Source of the DNA: an uncultured beta proteobacterium
GTDB taxonomy: Bacteria > Pseudomonadota > Gammaproteobacteria > Burkholderiales > Burkholderiaceae_B
Direction: 5' to 3'
NCBI GenBank assembly: GCA_903894155.1
Contig: CAITPF010000475.1
Location: 7,236-71,235 of the forward strand
DNA length: 64,000 bases
A program made the translations under genes and the position numbers. Shown here piece after piece: positions 8,783-19,426 of the stretch (its first letter is position 1; every line of letters starts with the position of its first letter). Below the pieces are notes generated by a model, which made no database searches, was not told where the DNA came from, and worked only from the letters and a program-made list of their open reading frames with translations.

Positions 8783-9559
8783 TCAACAGCCCTTGTAGTT
8801 CGCCTCGCGCTTTTCGACGAAGGCGAGCAGCGCTTCGCGCGAATCGTGCGACTCCTTAAGCAGGCACATCGTGTCGACCATCGATTCCATACCGCGCCGA
8901 TAATCCAGATCGTTGGCGCGCATGTAGGCATCGCGCAGCAATCGCATCGTCAGCGGGGACTTCCGGGCCAGTTCGCGCGCCAGCGCGCGGGCGGCCGGCA
9001 TGACCTCTTCGCGCGGCACTACGTCGTTGACCACGCCCATTTCCTGCATGACGTCAGCGCTGACGGATTCGCCCGTGAACAGCAGCTTGGCGGCACGGTG
9101 ACGCCCGGCTTGCCTGGGCAAGTGGACGAGATGCATCGCGGGCAGCAACCCGACGTTCACTTCCGGATAGCCGAACATCGCCTCGCGCGCCGCGATGATC
9201 AGGTCACACGACACGGCCCAGGTCACGCCTGCGGCCTTTGCATGGCCGTTGACCGCCGCGATCACGGGTTTGCCGAGCCGGTAGAGTGTCTCGTGCATCT
9301 CGTAATAGAAGACCTCAATCAACTCGCGCAATTGCTGTCCGTCGAACTCCAGCGCGATCTTGAGATCGACCCCCGCTGAAAACACCGTCGGCAACCCGCT
9401 GGTCAGGATGACCGCACGCACCGCCTCGTCATCTTTCGCCCGCTTGTAGGCATCAATCACTTCGCGCGCCAGTTGCATGTTGATCGCATTCACCGGCTCC
9501 CGGTGCATGGTGATCTCCGCAACACCTTCGCTCACCGCATAGTCGACAAATTCAGCCAC
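8783..9559 (-). CDS. Enoyl-CoA hydratase/isomerase
   Basis: FSAGVDL, KPVIAAVNG, FGYPEVNVG; GTG start with RBS GGAGG. Confidence 0.9.
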   Translation of the reverse strand: MAEFVDYAVSEGVAEITMHREPVNAINMQLAREVIDAYKRAKDDEAVRAVILTSGLPTVFSAGVDLKIALEFDGQQLRELIEVFYYEMHETLYRLGKPVIAAVNGHAKAAGVTWAVSCDLIIAAREAMFGYPEVNVGLLPAMHLVHLPRQAGRHRAAKLLFTGESVSADVMQEMGVVNDVVPREEVMPAARALARELARKSPLTMRLLRDAYMRANDLDYRRGMESMVDTMCLLKESHDSREALLAFVEKREANYKGC

Positions 9560-9648
9560 GTTCCCCTCCCTGTGTTGTCCCGGCCGCGATGCGGGCCGGG
9601 TTTTAAAACCGCCCCGTGTCTCCGGGGCTGCACTGCCGGCGCCTGCCC

Positions 9649-10629
9649 CTATTCGGGCTGGATACCTGCGAACTTGACGACCCGCGCCCACTTCGCGGTG
9701 TCTGACTGGATCAGCGCCGCCAGCGGCCCGGGGCCGGAGGCATCGACCTCCATGCCCTGCTTGAGCAGGAACGCGCGCATGTCCGGCGCGTTCAGCACCG
9801 CATTGATCTCATCGGCGATGCGGTTCTGCAGTGCGGCAGGTATGCCGGCGGGGCCAAGGATGGCAAACCAGATGCTCGCCTCGAAGTCGTTCAGACCGAA
9901 CTCCCGCGTGGAAGGGACATCCGGCAGCAAGGGCGAACGCCTGGGCGCCGTGACGGCCAGCGCCTTGATTCTGCCTGCCTTGTATGGCTCGAGCGAGGTC
10001 ATGATGACATCGAGCATCATATCGACGTGACCACCCATGACGTCGAGCAGCGCCGGGCCGGATCCCTTGTAAGGGACCTGGTTCATGTCGATACCGGCCT
10101 CGGCCGCGAAATAGGCGCTGCCCAGATGGCTCGACGTGCCGTTGCCCGCCGTCGCATAGGTGATCTTTCCGGGATTAGCCTTGGCCATCGCGATGAATTC
10201 GGCGAGATTTTTGGCCGGAAACTGCGGCCCGACCACGATCAGGTCCGGGATCGTGCCCACGATGGTGATCGGCGTGAAGTCACGCACGATGTCATAGGGC
10301 ACTTTCGAGAAGACGGATGGTGCCATTGCATGCGTCGATACAGTCCCCATCATCAGCGTATAGCCGTCCCCCGGTTGCTTGACGACATACCCCGAGCCGA
10401 TCATGGCGCTGGCGCCCGCCTTGTTCTCGACGATGACCGGTTGCCCGATGCGCTTGGAAAGCTCGAGCGCGATCTGCCGCGCGATCAGGTCGGTGGATCC
10501 GCCGCTGGCGAACGGCACGATCAAGTGCACCGGCTTTTCGGGCCACTTGTCCACGGGTTGCGACAAGGCCGGAAACACGCCCGCACAAACCAACAGCCAG
10601 CTCGCTGCCAAACGATTCGCCAAATTCAT
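9649..10629 (-). CDS. Bug/TctC substrate-binding protein
   Basis: WPEKPVHLIVPFASGGSTD, VENKAGA, GDGYTL, VPYKGSGPA. Confidence 0.93.
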   Translation of the reverse strand: MNLANRLAASWLLVCAGVFPALSQPVDKWPEKPVHLIVPFASGGSTDLIARQIALELSKRIGQPVIVENKAGASAMIGSGYVVKQPGDGYTLMMGTVSTHAMAPSVFSKVPYDIVRDFTPITIVGTIPDLIVVGPQFPAKNLAEFIAMAKANPGKITYATAGNGTSSHLGSAYFAAEAGIDMNQVPYKGSGPALLDVMGGHVDMMLDVIMTSLEPYKAGRIKALAVTAPRRSPLLPDVPSTREFGLNDFEASIWFAILGPAGIPAALQNRIADEINAVLNAPDMRAFLLKQGMEVDASGPGPLAALIQSDTAKWARVVKFAGIQPE

Positions 10630-12356
10630 ATCCGCACTCCCCTGATCCAGGCCAACGCCTGATCCACGCGGTCCCCATAGACCGAGCGTGCAAAAGACTC
10701 CGTGATCCTGCCGTCAAGCAAATCCTGTGCCAGCGCATTTAATGCGCGGTCTTCGGGTTTGCCGAAGCCGCCCGCGCCAGAGGTATCGAGCCGCACGCTC
10801 TCGCCCGGGCGCAGCGCAATGTTCGCCGTCTTCGAAGATAGCACCTCGGGTTCGCACCCGGGGCGAAAGTGCACCAACCTGGCGCGCCGCCCGTCACCGC
10901 CGCCGCGCACGCCGGTCGCAAGCCCGACCGTGTGGCTGTCCGAGCGAACCGAAAAAACGATGTCGTCCGCCAGCACCGACACCTGCTTGGCAATCGCCAT
11001 GCCGCCGCGAAACTGCCCCGCCCCGCCCGAGTCTTCGACCAGCGCGTAGGCATCGACCATCAGTGGATATTCGTTCTCCAGCGCCTCGATCGGCAGGTTC
11101 GAGGTATTGGTCATGTGCACGTGCACTCCGTCCATCCCGTCCAGGCCGGCTCGCGCACCCGCACCGCCCCCCAGCGTTTCCAGGTAGACGAAGCTGCCAG
11201 CGCGGCGCCCGAGCTTGCCCGAGAACACGATGGCCGGACACGCGTCGTTGCTCGACGCCATGATGCGCGATTCGGGCAGTACGCCGCGAAACGCCCCGAA
11301 GATCGCGCCCGCGACCTTCTGTGCGGTGAGCGAGCGCGCGCCGACCGCCGCCGGCGGCTCCGGGTTGACGATCGTTCCCCGCGGCGCCACGATATCGATG
11401 GGTTCGAAAAGCCCCGCGTTGGGCGGCAAATCGGGTGCGAGCAGCGCCTTGACGGCGTAATAAACGCTGGCGTTGAGCGCGCTGACCGGCAAATTCATTG
11501 CCCCGCGTGCCTGAGGCCCGGAGCCCGTGAAGTCAAACTTCAGTCGGCCCTCGCCCACCGTCACCGTGACGCAAAGCTCGACCGGTTCGCCTCCGCCCAG
11601 GCCGTCGTCATCCATGACATTGACGAAGGTATACGCACCCTTCCTGAGTTCGCCGATCACATGGACGATCCGGTTGCGTGTATAGCGAATCACGTCTTCG
11701 ACTGCGGTCAGCGCCTTGTCCAGGCCCATTTGCCCCAGCAATCCGAGTACCGCGTCGGCGCCGCGCCGATTGGTCGCAATCTGGACTCGCAAGTCGAGGA
11801 TCCGCTCCTCCGGATCCCGGGTATTGCCGGCGATCAGGCGCAGCATGTCGTCGTCAATGACGCCCGCGCGCGCGATGCGCACGACCGGGATGCGAATTCC
11901 CTCCTCGAAGACCGTGCGCAGTCCGCCGGCAATGGAACCCGGCACCGATCCGCCCACGTCCGAATGGTGACCGATATTGGCTGCAAAGAAGGCCACGCGC
12001 CGTTCGAAGAACACGGGCGTGATGACGTTGATGTCAGGCAAATGGCTGCCACCGGCCAGATAGGGATCGTTCGAAACGAACGCATCACCGTCGTGCATCG
12101 CCTCCAGCGGATACTGATCGAGCACGGCGCGCATCGCGCCGTTGAGCGACCCGAGATGCAGCGGAATCTGTGTGCCCTGGGCAACGAGACGCCCGGCGGC
12201 GTCAAACAGCGCAACCGAGCAGTCCTTGCGCTCCTTGATGTTGGTCGAAAACGATGACCGCACCAGCGTATTGTTCATGTCCTCGGTGATCGACAGCAGG
12301 CGGTTGTTGAACACCTCCATTTCGATCGGATCGGTCATGGCGTCTGTGCGCTCCAT
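10626..12356 (-). CDS. Hydantoinase B/oxoprolinase family protein
   Basis: RSSFSTNIKERKDCS, PLHLGS, NDPYLAGGSHLPD, HHSDVGG, TNTSNLPIE. Confidence 0.92.
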   Translation of the reverse strand: MERTDAMTDPIEMEVFNNRLLSITEDMNNTLVRSSFSTNIKERKDCSVALFDAAGRLVAQGTQIPLHLGSLNGAMRAVLDQYPLEAMHDGDAFVSNDPYLAGGSHLPDINVITPVFFERRVAFFAANIGHHSDVGGSVPGSIAGGLRTVFEEGIRIPVVRIARAGVIDDDMLRLIAGNTRDPEERILDLRVQIATNRRGADAVLGLLGQMGLDKALTAVEDVIRYTRNRIVHVIGELRKGAYTFVNVMDDDGLGGGEPVELCVTVTVGEGRLKFDFTGSGPQARGAMNLPVSALNASVYYAVKALLAPDLPPNAGLFEPIDIVAPRGTIVNPEPPAAVGARSLTAQKVAGAIFGAFRGVLPESRIMASSNDACPAIVFSGKLGRRAGSFVYLETLGGGAGARAGLDGMDGVHVHMTNTSNLPIEALENEYPLMVDAYALVEDSGGAGQFRGGMAIAKQVSVLADDIVFSVRSDSHTVGLATGVRGGGDGRRARLVHFRPGCEPEVLSSKTANIALRPGESVRLDTSGAGGFGKPEDRALNALAQDLLDGRITESFARSVYGDRVDQALAWIRGVRI

Positions 12357-12368
12357 GGAATTCTCCTT

Positions 12369-14408
12369 CTACGCGATGCGCACGATCAGGTTACCGAAGT
12401 CATCCACCCGCGCAGACTGGCGCGCGGCGATCACGGTGGTCGAACTCATTTCCTCGATGACCGCTGGCCCGTCGATCTCGACGCCCGCGCCCAGCGTGTC
12501 GCGGTCGTAGATACCGGATTCGACCCATCCGTCGACGGCGCCAAAATACACCGCCCGCCGCGCGATGGGCGCGGCGCGGGTCGTCGCCGGGGGGATTTTC
12601 GACTGTGCGGCACGCACGACCTGCCCGATCGCCCTGACCCGGCAATTGATGATTTCGATCGTGCGATCCGGCACGTTATAGCCATATTCGCGCAGGTGCG
12701 CCTGGTGAAAGCCCGACTCGAACGCCGCCAGATCGGGCGCATCCAGCACGGCGATCGGCACCTGCACTTCGAAGTTCTGCCCGACGTAGCGCGCATCGAC
12801 CATCGCGACGTACCGGCATTGCCCGGGAGCCACGCCTTCACGCCCGAGCCAATCCTGTGCCTGCGCGCGCAAACCGGAGAGCCTCGCACAGACACGCACC
12901 CACGACGCCTGGTCGACCGGGGCGATTTCGCTTTCGACGAAGTCGAACGAAATATCGGTGAGCAACATCCCCCGCGCGCACATGGTGCCGGGTTCCCGTG
13001 GCACCACGACCACCGGAATGCCGCACTCGCGCGCGACGTCCATCGCGTGCAGCGGCCCCGCGCCGCCAAAGGCAAACAGCGCGAACTCCGAAAGGTCGTA
13101 ACCGCGCTCGGTCGACACCGACCGGATCGCCCGGCTCATGTTGGCGTTGGCGATCCGAACGATGCCGTCGGCCGCCGCCTCAGTCGTCAGGCCCAGGGGC
13201 GCCGCGACGTCCTGGGCAATGATGCGCCGCGCCGACGACTCGTCCACGGCCATCGCGCCCTTGAGCAACGCCACGGGATTGAGGCGGTGCAGGGTGATCT
13301 GCGCATCGGTAATGGTCGGCTCGATCCCGCCGCGGCCATAGGCGACCGGCCCTGGCACCGCACCCGCGCTGTGCGGGCCGACCTTGAGCGATCCCACTTC
13401 GTCGAGCCAGGCGATGCTCCCCCCGCCCGCACCGATGACGTGAATATCGATCATGGGCGTCTTGACCGGGTACCCGGCGACGGTCCGGTTGGACGTGAAC
13501 ACCGGCTGGCCGTCGACGATCAGGGATACGTCGGTGCTGGTGCCGCCCACGTCAAACGTCACGAGGTTCCAAAACCCGGCGACCCGTCCCACTTCGGCCG
13601 CGCCGACCACACCCGCAGCCGGCCCCGAGAGGCAAGTGCGAACCGGAAAACTGCGAACCGTCTCGACCGACATCAGGCCGCCATTGGAATGAATCGTCAG
13701 CGGCTCCACGGCAATGCCCATCTGCGCGACCCGATCAAGAAACCGGTGCAGGTAGAGCTGCATGCGTGGCCCGATCGAGGCGTTCATCGCGGTCGTCGAC
13801 AGCCGCTCGTACTCGCGGAACTCGGGAAGGACCTCGCTTGAGACGCTCACGTAAACGTCGGGCATGACTTCGCGCACAATGTCGCGGGCGCGCCGCTCAT
13901 GCGCCGGATTGCGATAGGCGTGCAGAAAACAGATCGCGACCGATTCGACTCCGGCGTCGCGCAACGCAAGCGCCGCGCGCCGCACATCCCCCTCGTCCAG
14001 CGGCTCGCGCACCGACCCGTCTGCCAGCAGCCGTTCGCCGACCTCCTTTCGCCACATGCGGGGCACCAGCGGGGGCGGCTTGACGACCGTGTAGTCATAA
14101 AGATGCGGGCGGGTCTGGCGCGCAAGCTCGAGTACATCGCGAAACCCGCGGGTGGTGATCAGCCCGCACGGGGCGCCCTTGCGCTCGATAATGAGATTGG
14201 TCGCCACGGTGGTGCCGTGACCGATGTGGCCAATCTCATCGGGCCGGATCGCATGATCGCGCAGCAGATCGGCGATGCCGCGCTCGATCGCCTCGGACGG
14301 ATCGTGCGGCGTCGAAGGCACCTTGTGAAACGCAACGCCGCCGGTTTGCTCATTCACCAGCGTGAAGTCGGTGAACGTGCCACCGACATCGATTCCAATG
14401 CGATACAT
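12369..14408 (-). CDS. Hydantoinase A/oxoprolinase family protein (ATP-binding subunit)
   Basis: IGIDVGGTFTD, HGTTVATN, LSGPAAGV, DVGGTSTD, GAGGGSIA. Confidence 0.93.
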   Translation of the reverse strand: MYRIGIDVGGTFTDFTLVNEQTGGVAFHKVPSTPHDPSEAIERGIADLLRDHAIRPDEIGHIGHGTTVATNLIIERKGAPCGLITTRGFRDVLELARQTRPHLYDYTVVKPPPLVPRMWRKEVGERLLADGSVREPLDEGDVRRAALALRDAGVESVAICFLHAYRNPAHERRARDIVREVMPDVYVSVSSEVLPEFREYERLSTTAMNASIGPRMQLYLHRFLDRVAQMGIAVEPLTIHSNGGLMSVETVRSFPVRTCLSGPAAGVVGAAEVGRVAGFWNLVTFDVGGTSTDVSLIVDGQPVFTSNRTVAGYPVKTPMIDIHVIGAGGGSIAWLDEVGSLKVGPHSAGAVPGPVAYGRGGIEPTITDAQITLHRLNPVALLKGAMAVDESSARRIIAQDVAAPLGLTTEAAADGIVRIANANMSRAIRSVSTERGYDLSEFALFAFGGAGPLHAMDVARECGIPVVVVPREPGTMCARGMLLTDISFDFVESEIAPVDQASWVRVCARLSGLRAQAQDWLGREGVAPGQCRYVAMVDARYVGQNFEVQVPIAVLDAPDLAAFESGFHQAHLREYGYNVPDRTIEIINCRVRAIGQVVRAAQSKIPPATTRAAPIARRAVYFGAVDGWVESGIYDRDTLGAGVEIDGPAVIEEMSSTTVIAARQSARVDDFGNLIVRIA

Positions 14409-14589
14409 GAAAGACGAATCCCCCGTTTGATGCGCTGCGGGCACGGGCGGTCGCATCCCCGAATGCGCCAAACCTCTTGCAGCCGCGCCGGCATTGGCCG
14501 ACTATAGCGCATGCGCACGTGTGCGCGCAGCGCATCTAAAATCGTCAATATGCCAACGTGCACATGCAACATTCCTCCGGAGAGCTTTG

Positions 14590-15579
14590 ATGCGGGTATT
14601 TCAACAATTCAGTCGTAACGCCACCGTCCTGCTGGCTGTCGCCACCGTGGCATTGCTCGGCGCCCAGGCAACGGCCCAGGATAAATACCCCGATCGCCCG
14701 ATCCGGATGATCATGGGATTCCCGACCGGCGGGCCCACCGACATTTCGGCCCGCATCATCGCCAACCGGATGGAAAAGGAACTTGGCCAGCCCGTGATCG
14801 TCGAAAACAAGCCAGGGGCAGGCTCCAACATCGGCACCGAGGCAGCAGCGCGCGCAAAGCCCGATGGCTACACCCTGTTCATCGGCACGATCGCCAATGC
14901 CACCAACATGTCGCTCTACAAGAACCTGAACTACAACATCGAACGCGACTTCATTCCCATCACGCAATTCATGTCCTCGCCCAGCATTCTGGTCGTCAAT
15001 CCGGCGTTGCCGATCCACAATCTCCAGGAACTCGTCGACTACGCGAAGGCAAACCCGGGCAAGCTAAGCTATGCGTCGTCCGGCGCTGGCGGTTCGCCGC
15101 ACATGGCGGGCGAAATGCTCCGGCTGCGCACGGGCATCGACATCCTCCATATCCCGTACAAGGGCGCAGCACCGGCCCTCACCGACGTGATCGGCGGCAC
15201 GGTGTCGATGGGATTCATGACAGCCAACGGAACGCTGCCCAGCATCGAAAGCGGCAAGCTGCGCGCGATCGCCGTCGCCGGCAGGCAAAGAATGCCCCAG
15301 TTGCCCAACGTGCCCACGCTGATCGAGGCCGGCATCCCGGATTTCGAGGTCAGCTCCTGGAACGGGCTCTTTGCGCCTGCGGGCACGCCCCAGCCCATTA
15401 TCGATCGGCTGGCCAAGGCAACGATCCCGGCGCTGCACTCGCCCGGCATACGCCAGCAGTTTATCGACCTCGGCTCGGTGCCCGTGGGCAGTACGCCGGA
15501 AGAATTCAAGCAATATGTGCACGACGAGGTCATCAAGTGGGCCGAAGTCGCCAAGGCTGCAAACGTCTCGATCGATTGA
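14590..15579 (+). CDS. Bug/TctC substrate-binding protein
   Basis: YPDRPIRMIMGFPTGGPTD, ENKPGAG, PDGYTL, HIPYKG. Confidence 0.93.
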   Translation: MRVFQQFSRNATVLLAVATVALLGAQATAQDKYPDRPIRMIMGFPTGGPTDISARIIANRMEKELGQPVIVENKPGAGSNIGTEAAARAKPDGYTLFIGTIANATNMSLYKNLNYNIERDFIPITQFMSSPSILVVNPALPIHNLQELVDYAKANPGKLSYASSGAGGSPHMAGEMLRLRTGIDILHIPYKGAAPALTDVIGGTVSMGFMTANGTLPSIESGKLRAIAVAGRQRMPQLPNVPTLIEAGIPDFEVSSWNGLFAPAGTPQPIIDRLAKATIPALHSPGIRQQFIDLGSVPVGSTPEEFKQYVHDEVIKWAEVAKAANVSID

Positions 15580-15591
15580 ACCGGAGAAACC

Positions 15592-16266
15592 ATGGACAAG
15601 CTGGAAAAATGGCGCGGTTATGTGCCTGATGCCGAACTCGAAACCTACCGCAAGGGCGGATTCGCCCAGCGCATCGGCATGGGCGATCGCGTCGCACTGC
15701 TCAACATCGACACGACCTACATGTTCGTCGACCCCTCTTACTCGATGTGCGGTCGCGACATGTCCGACGTCACCGATGCCATCATCAGCCTGACCAGCCT
15801 CTTCCGTCGCCTGGACTTGCCGATTTACTACAGCCGCCGCGACGACCGCAGTCATCCGACCTATCGCGGCGCCTGGAACTACAAGCTGGCCGAACCCGAT
15901 GCGTTCCAGTACGCGCGCGACCCGAGGGCGGATCAATGGCCTGAACCCTATGCGCCCCGGCCGGTCGACCGGATCATCCTGAAAAACAAGCCGTCATGCT
16001 TTTTCCAGACACCACTGGATTCGTTCCTCCGGTATGACCGGGTCGATACCCTGGTCGTTTGTGGCATTTCGACCTCAGGCTGCGTGCGCGCCGGCGCGGC
16101 CGATGCGTTCTCGCACAACTTCCGCACCATCGTCGTGGAAGAAGCCTGCGGTGATCGAAGCCCGCAGGCGCATCGGGCCAATCTGTTCGACCTCGATATG
16201 AAGTTCTGCGATGTCGAGTCGCTCGAGTACGTGCTCGCGCAGGTCAGCCAGCGTTTCGAAAGATAG
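15592..16266 (+). CDS. Isochorismatase-family cysteine hydrolase (maleamate/N-carbamoylsarcosine amidase-like)
   Basis: ALLNID, ILKNKPSCF and GISTSGCVRA give the Asp-Lys-Cys triad; ANLFDLDMK. Confidence 0.88.
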   Translation: MDKLEKWRGYVPDAELETYRKGGFAQRIGMGDRVALLNIDTTYMFVDPSYSMCGRDMSDVTDAIISLTSLFRRLDLPIYYSRRDDRSHPTYRGAWNYKLAEPDAFQYARDPRADQWPEPYAPRPVDRIILKNKPSCFFQTPLDSFLRYDRVDTLVVCGISTSGCVRAGAADAFSHNFRTIVVEEACGDRSPQAHRANLFDLDMKFCDVESLEYVLAQVSQRFER

Positions 16267-16293
16267 CCCCCATCCTTACTGTCGGAGCCGCGC

Positions 16294-17271
16294 ATGCAAC
16301 GTCGATCCCTCCTGATTACCCTGGCGCTCGTCGCGGGGGGATTGCCGTGCACAGCGCCCGCCCAGGCGCAGGCCTGGCCTTCACGCCCTGTCAAGATCAT
16401 CGTGGGGTATCCCCCGGGTGGTGCGACCGACGTCGCCGCGCGCCTGCTTGCGGCGGAGTTGAGCAAATCGCTCGGGCAACAGGTCGTCATCGAAAACAAA
16501 CCGGGTGCAGGCGGCATGGTTGCCGGGTCGTATGTGGTTCGCTCGGAACCTGATGGCTACACGCTGTTGATGGGTGCCTCGGCCGAGGTCACGATCGCCC
16601 CGATCACCGTCAAGGCGATGCCGTTCGATCCAATGAAGGACCTGGTTCCGATCACGCTGGTCGGCCAGGTGCCGTTCTTCATGGTGATCAACCCTGGCCT
16701 GCCTGTTTCCACGCTGGCCGAATTCATTGCCTACGCAAAGGCCAATCCCGGCAAACTGAATTACTCGTCATTCGGCAACAACACCTCCAACCACTTCGCG
16801 GGCGAATTATTCAAGTCGATGGCCGGGGTGAACACGATTCATGTGCCCTACAAAGGCAGCGGCCCCTCGATCGCCGACCTCATCAGCGGCCAGGTGCAGT
16901 ACACCTTCGACTCGCCGCCCGCAGTCATCGAACAGGTGCGCGGCGGCAGGCTGCGTGCGCTCGCCATTTCCGGGCCAGTACGCCTTGCCTCGCTGCCTGA
17001 CGTTCCCACGTTTGCAGAAGCAGGACTGCCGGGTTTTAGCGGCGGGACCTGGTTCGGGCTTCTGGCACCAGCGGCAACGCCAGCGCCGCTGATCGCGAAG
17101 ATCAATACGGCCGTGGTCAACGTGCTGCACTCCCCGGAGATGCGCGTCGCGTTCGCCGAGCGCAACATTCTCGTGGGCGGCGATACGCCCGTCGAATTCG
17201 GTCAATTCATTCAGGCCGAAGTCAGCAAATGGAAGGCGCTCGCCAACAAAGTCGGCATCGTCGCCGAATAA
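16294..17271 (+). CDS. Bug/TctC substrate-binding protein
   Basis: WPSRPVKIIVGYPPGGATD, PDGYTLL, HVPYKG. Confidence 0.93.
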   Translation: MQRRSLLITLALVAGGLPCTAPAQAQAWPSRPVKIIVGYPPGGATDVAARLLAAELSKSLGQQVVIENKPGAGGMVAGSYVVRSEPDGYTLLMGASAEVTIAPITVKAMPFDPMKDLVPITLVGQVPFFMVINPGLPVSTLAEFIAYAKANPGKLNYSSFGNNTSNHFAGELFKSMAGVNTIHVPYKGSGPSIADLISGQVQYTFDSPPAVIEQVRGGRLRALAISGPVRLASLPDVPTFAEAGLPGFSGGTWFGLLAPAATPAPLIAKINTAVVNVLHSPEMRVAFAERNILVGGDTPVEFGQFIQAEVSKWKALANKVGIVAE

Positions 17272-17284
17272 CCCGGAGATTTTG

Positions 17285-18499
17285 ATGAAATCCCTGCTGT
17301 CCAACGCAAACCTGATTGACTGCGTGTCGCCCGAGGTCCGGGCCGGTGCCTCGGTATTGATCGAGGATGGCCGCATCCTTGATATTTTCCTGGGCGGCGC
17401 GGCGCCGGCGATCGCGGACGCAGAACAGATCGACGTGCAAGGCGCCTACCTGATGCCCGGCCTCTGGGATGTCCACATTCACCCCGATTACCTGAAGGTG
17501 TCGGACATGCCTCTCCCCGAGCAGGTCACCCTGTTCGGGCATCGCCTGCAGGCCGCCATGCTCGAATCGGGCATCATGGGCATGCGCTGCGCGGGAGCCC
17601 ATGACTACATGGACGTGGCGTGGAAGCGCGCCTTCGATTCAGGTCAGCATCTGGGGCCCCGGCTCTTTGCATCGGGGCATTTCCTCACGACTACGGGCGG
17701 CCACTTTCTGACGTCGGGCCATGCGCTCGAATGCGACGGCCCGTACGGCTTCGTCAAGGCGATCCGCGAGCAAATCAAGAACGGGGTCGACCACATCAAG
17801 CTGAACCTGTCCGGCGGCATCATGGGCCCCGCGTGGGATCTGCACAGGCACTCGTTTTTCCTTGACGAGGAGCTCAAGGCTGCGTTCGACATCTGCCGCC
17901 TGCGCGAATTCAAGGTGGTGGCGCACGCGACCAACCCCGAGGCGGTCAAGAACGCGATTGTGCTCGGCGCGCACAGCGTTGAACACGGCTACATTCTCGA
18001 TGACGAATGCATCGAGCTCTTCGTCAAGCACGGCACCTGGTATGTGCCGACGCTGGCGATCAGCCACCTGAGCCCGAAGCAGGCCACCAACAACTGGGAA
18101 AAGGGCTGGCTGACACAGCGCGGGCTCACGCCATCGCTATGCTGCCGGGTTGACGCCGCCGCCGGCCCGCACCGTGAAGGCTTTCAGAAAGCACTTGCCG
18201 CCGGGGTGCGTATGGCGCTGGGTTCGGATATCCGTCCCCTGAAGGATGCCGCATTGCTTGAGCTCGGATTGTGGGTGCGCAGCGGTGCAACGCCCTGGCA
18301 GGCGATCGAGGCGGCCACGCGCAACGGCGCGGCGATCTGTGGCATGGGCGACGAGCTTGGCACCGTCGAGAAAGGCAAGATCGCGGACTTGATCGTCGTC
18401 GGCGACAACCCGCTTGCCAACGTCGAGAACGTGCGCAAGCTTCAACTGGTCATTAAGGACGGCGTGGTGGTGTCGGACAAGCGCAAGAAGCGCAACTAA
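17285..18499 (+). CDS. Metal-dependent amidohydrolase (prolidase-like)
   Basis: MPGLWDVHIH, TTGGH, VAHA, SVEHG, LGSD, GTVEKGKIAD. Confidence 0.9.
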   Translation: MKSLLSNANLIDCVSPEVRAGASVLIEDGRILDIFLGGAAPAIADAEQIDVQGAYLMPGLWDVHIHPDYLKVSDMPLPEQVTLFGHRLQAAMLESGIMGMRCAGAHDYMDVAWKRAFDSGQHLGPRLFASGHFLTTTGGHFLTSGHALECDGPYGFVKAIREQIKNGVDHIKLNLSGGIMGPAWDLHRHSFFLDEELKAAFDICRLREFKVVAHATNPEAVKNAIVLGAHSVEHGYILDDECIELFVKHGTWYVPTLAISHLSPKQATNNWEKGWLTQRGLTPSLCCRVDAAAGPHREGFQKALAAGVRMALGSDIRPLKDAALLELGLWVRSGATPWQAIEAATRNGAAICGMGDELGTVEKGKIADLIVVGDNPLANVENVRKLQLVIKDGVVVSDKRKKRN

Positions 18500-18548
18500 G
18501 CCGGGGCGCGACAAATCCCGCCCTTCAGGGCGGGAAGGATGACCTCAA
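18497..18548 (+). mobile_element. Element copy with a perfect 8-bp stem, filling the whole convergent junction
   Basis: TAAG CCGGGGCGCGA CAAA TCCCGCCC-TTCA-GGGCGGGA AGGATGACCTCAA; starts on a TAA stop and ends on the opposite gene's stop. Confidence 0.75.
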
Positions 18549-19426
18549 GCCTGCATGCCCCACTTGCGCACGGTCAGGCGCTCGGCGACCTTGAAGATCA
18601 GGTTCTCGACCACGAGGCCGATGAAAATGACCATGAAAAGACCGGCGAAGACGCTCGGGATTTCGAGCTGGTTCTTGTTCTGGTAAATGAACCAGCCAAG
18701 CCCGCCCGAGCCCGCGCTGACGCCAAAGACGAGTTCGGCTGCAATCAGCGTGCGCCAGGCGAACGCCCAGCCGATCTTCAGGCCTGCGAGAATGCTCGGG
18801 AAGGCGGCCGGAATCAGGATGCGGCCCACGTAAGCGAAACCCGTCAGTCCGTAATTGCGCCCGACCATGCGCATCGTGGGCGATACCGCCATGAACCCCG
18901 AGTGGGTGTTAAGCGCAACGGCCCACAGCACCGAGTGCACCAGCACAAAGATGAGGCTGCCCTCGCCCAGGCCAAACCAGATCAGCGCGAGCGGCAGCAG
19001 CGCAATGGCCGGCAGCGGATTGAACATCGAGGTCAGGGTCTCGAGAATATCGTTGCCGACCCGCGTGGTGATCGCAAATACCGTGAGTACGGTGGCGAGC
19101 GCAATGCCAAGCGCATAGCCGACGAGCAGCACGCTGATGGAAGTCCAGGCTTTGCCCAGCAAACCGCCTGTCTTGATCCCGACATAGAGCGCATCCATGG
19201 TCGCCGTGAAGGTCGGGAACAACAGATCGTTATTGAGATAGCTGGCATACCCCTGCCATAGCAGCGCCAGCGCCACGAGCAGCACGATGCGCCGCAGCAG
19301 CGTGTTGTTGGTCAGTCGCTCAGCCGTTGAAAGCGGCTTCTCAACGACGCCCACGGCATTGAACGACTCCGGCGCGTACGCGATTTCTGGCCGTGCAACC
19401 TGAACAAGATGTTTTCGGTCAGCCAT
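18545..19426 (-). CDS. ABC transporter permease, NitT/TauT family
   Basis: NPLPAIALLPL and GWAFAWRTLIAAELVFG motifs. Confidence 0.9.
   Translation of the reverse strand: MADRKHLVQVARPEIAYAPESFNAVGVVEKPLSTAERLTNNTLLRRIVLLVALALLWQGYASYLNNDLLFPTFTATMDALYVGIKTGGLLGKAWTSISVLLVGYALGIALATVLTVFAITTRVGNDILETLTSMFNPLPAIALLPLALIWFGLGEGSLIFVLVHSVLWAVALNTHSGFMAVSPTMRMVGRNYGLTGFAYVGRILIPAAFPSILAGLKIGWAFAWRTLIAAELVFGVSAGSGGLGWFIYQNKNQLEIPSVFAGLFMVIFIGLVVENLIFKVAERLTVRKWGMQA

Noticed and set aside
18516-18535. Interpreting the hairpin as a simple Rho-independent terminator
   Set aside because: No U-tract, and conservation extends 19 nt upstream and ~10 nt downstream of the stem.
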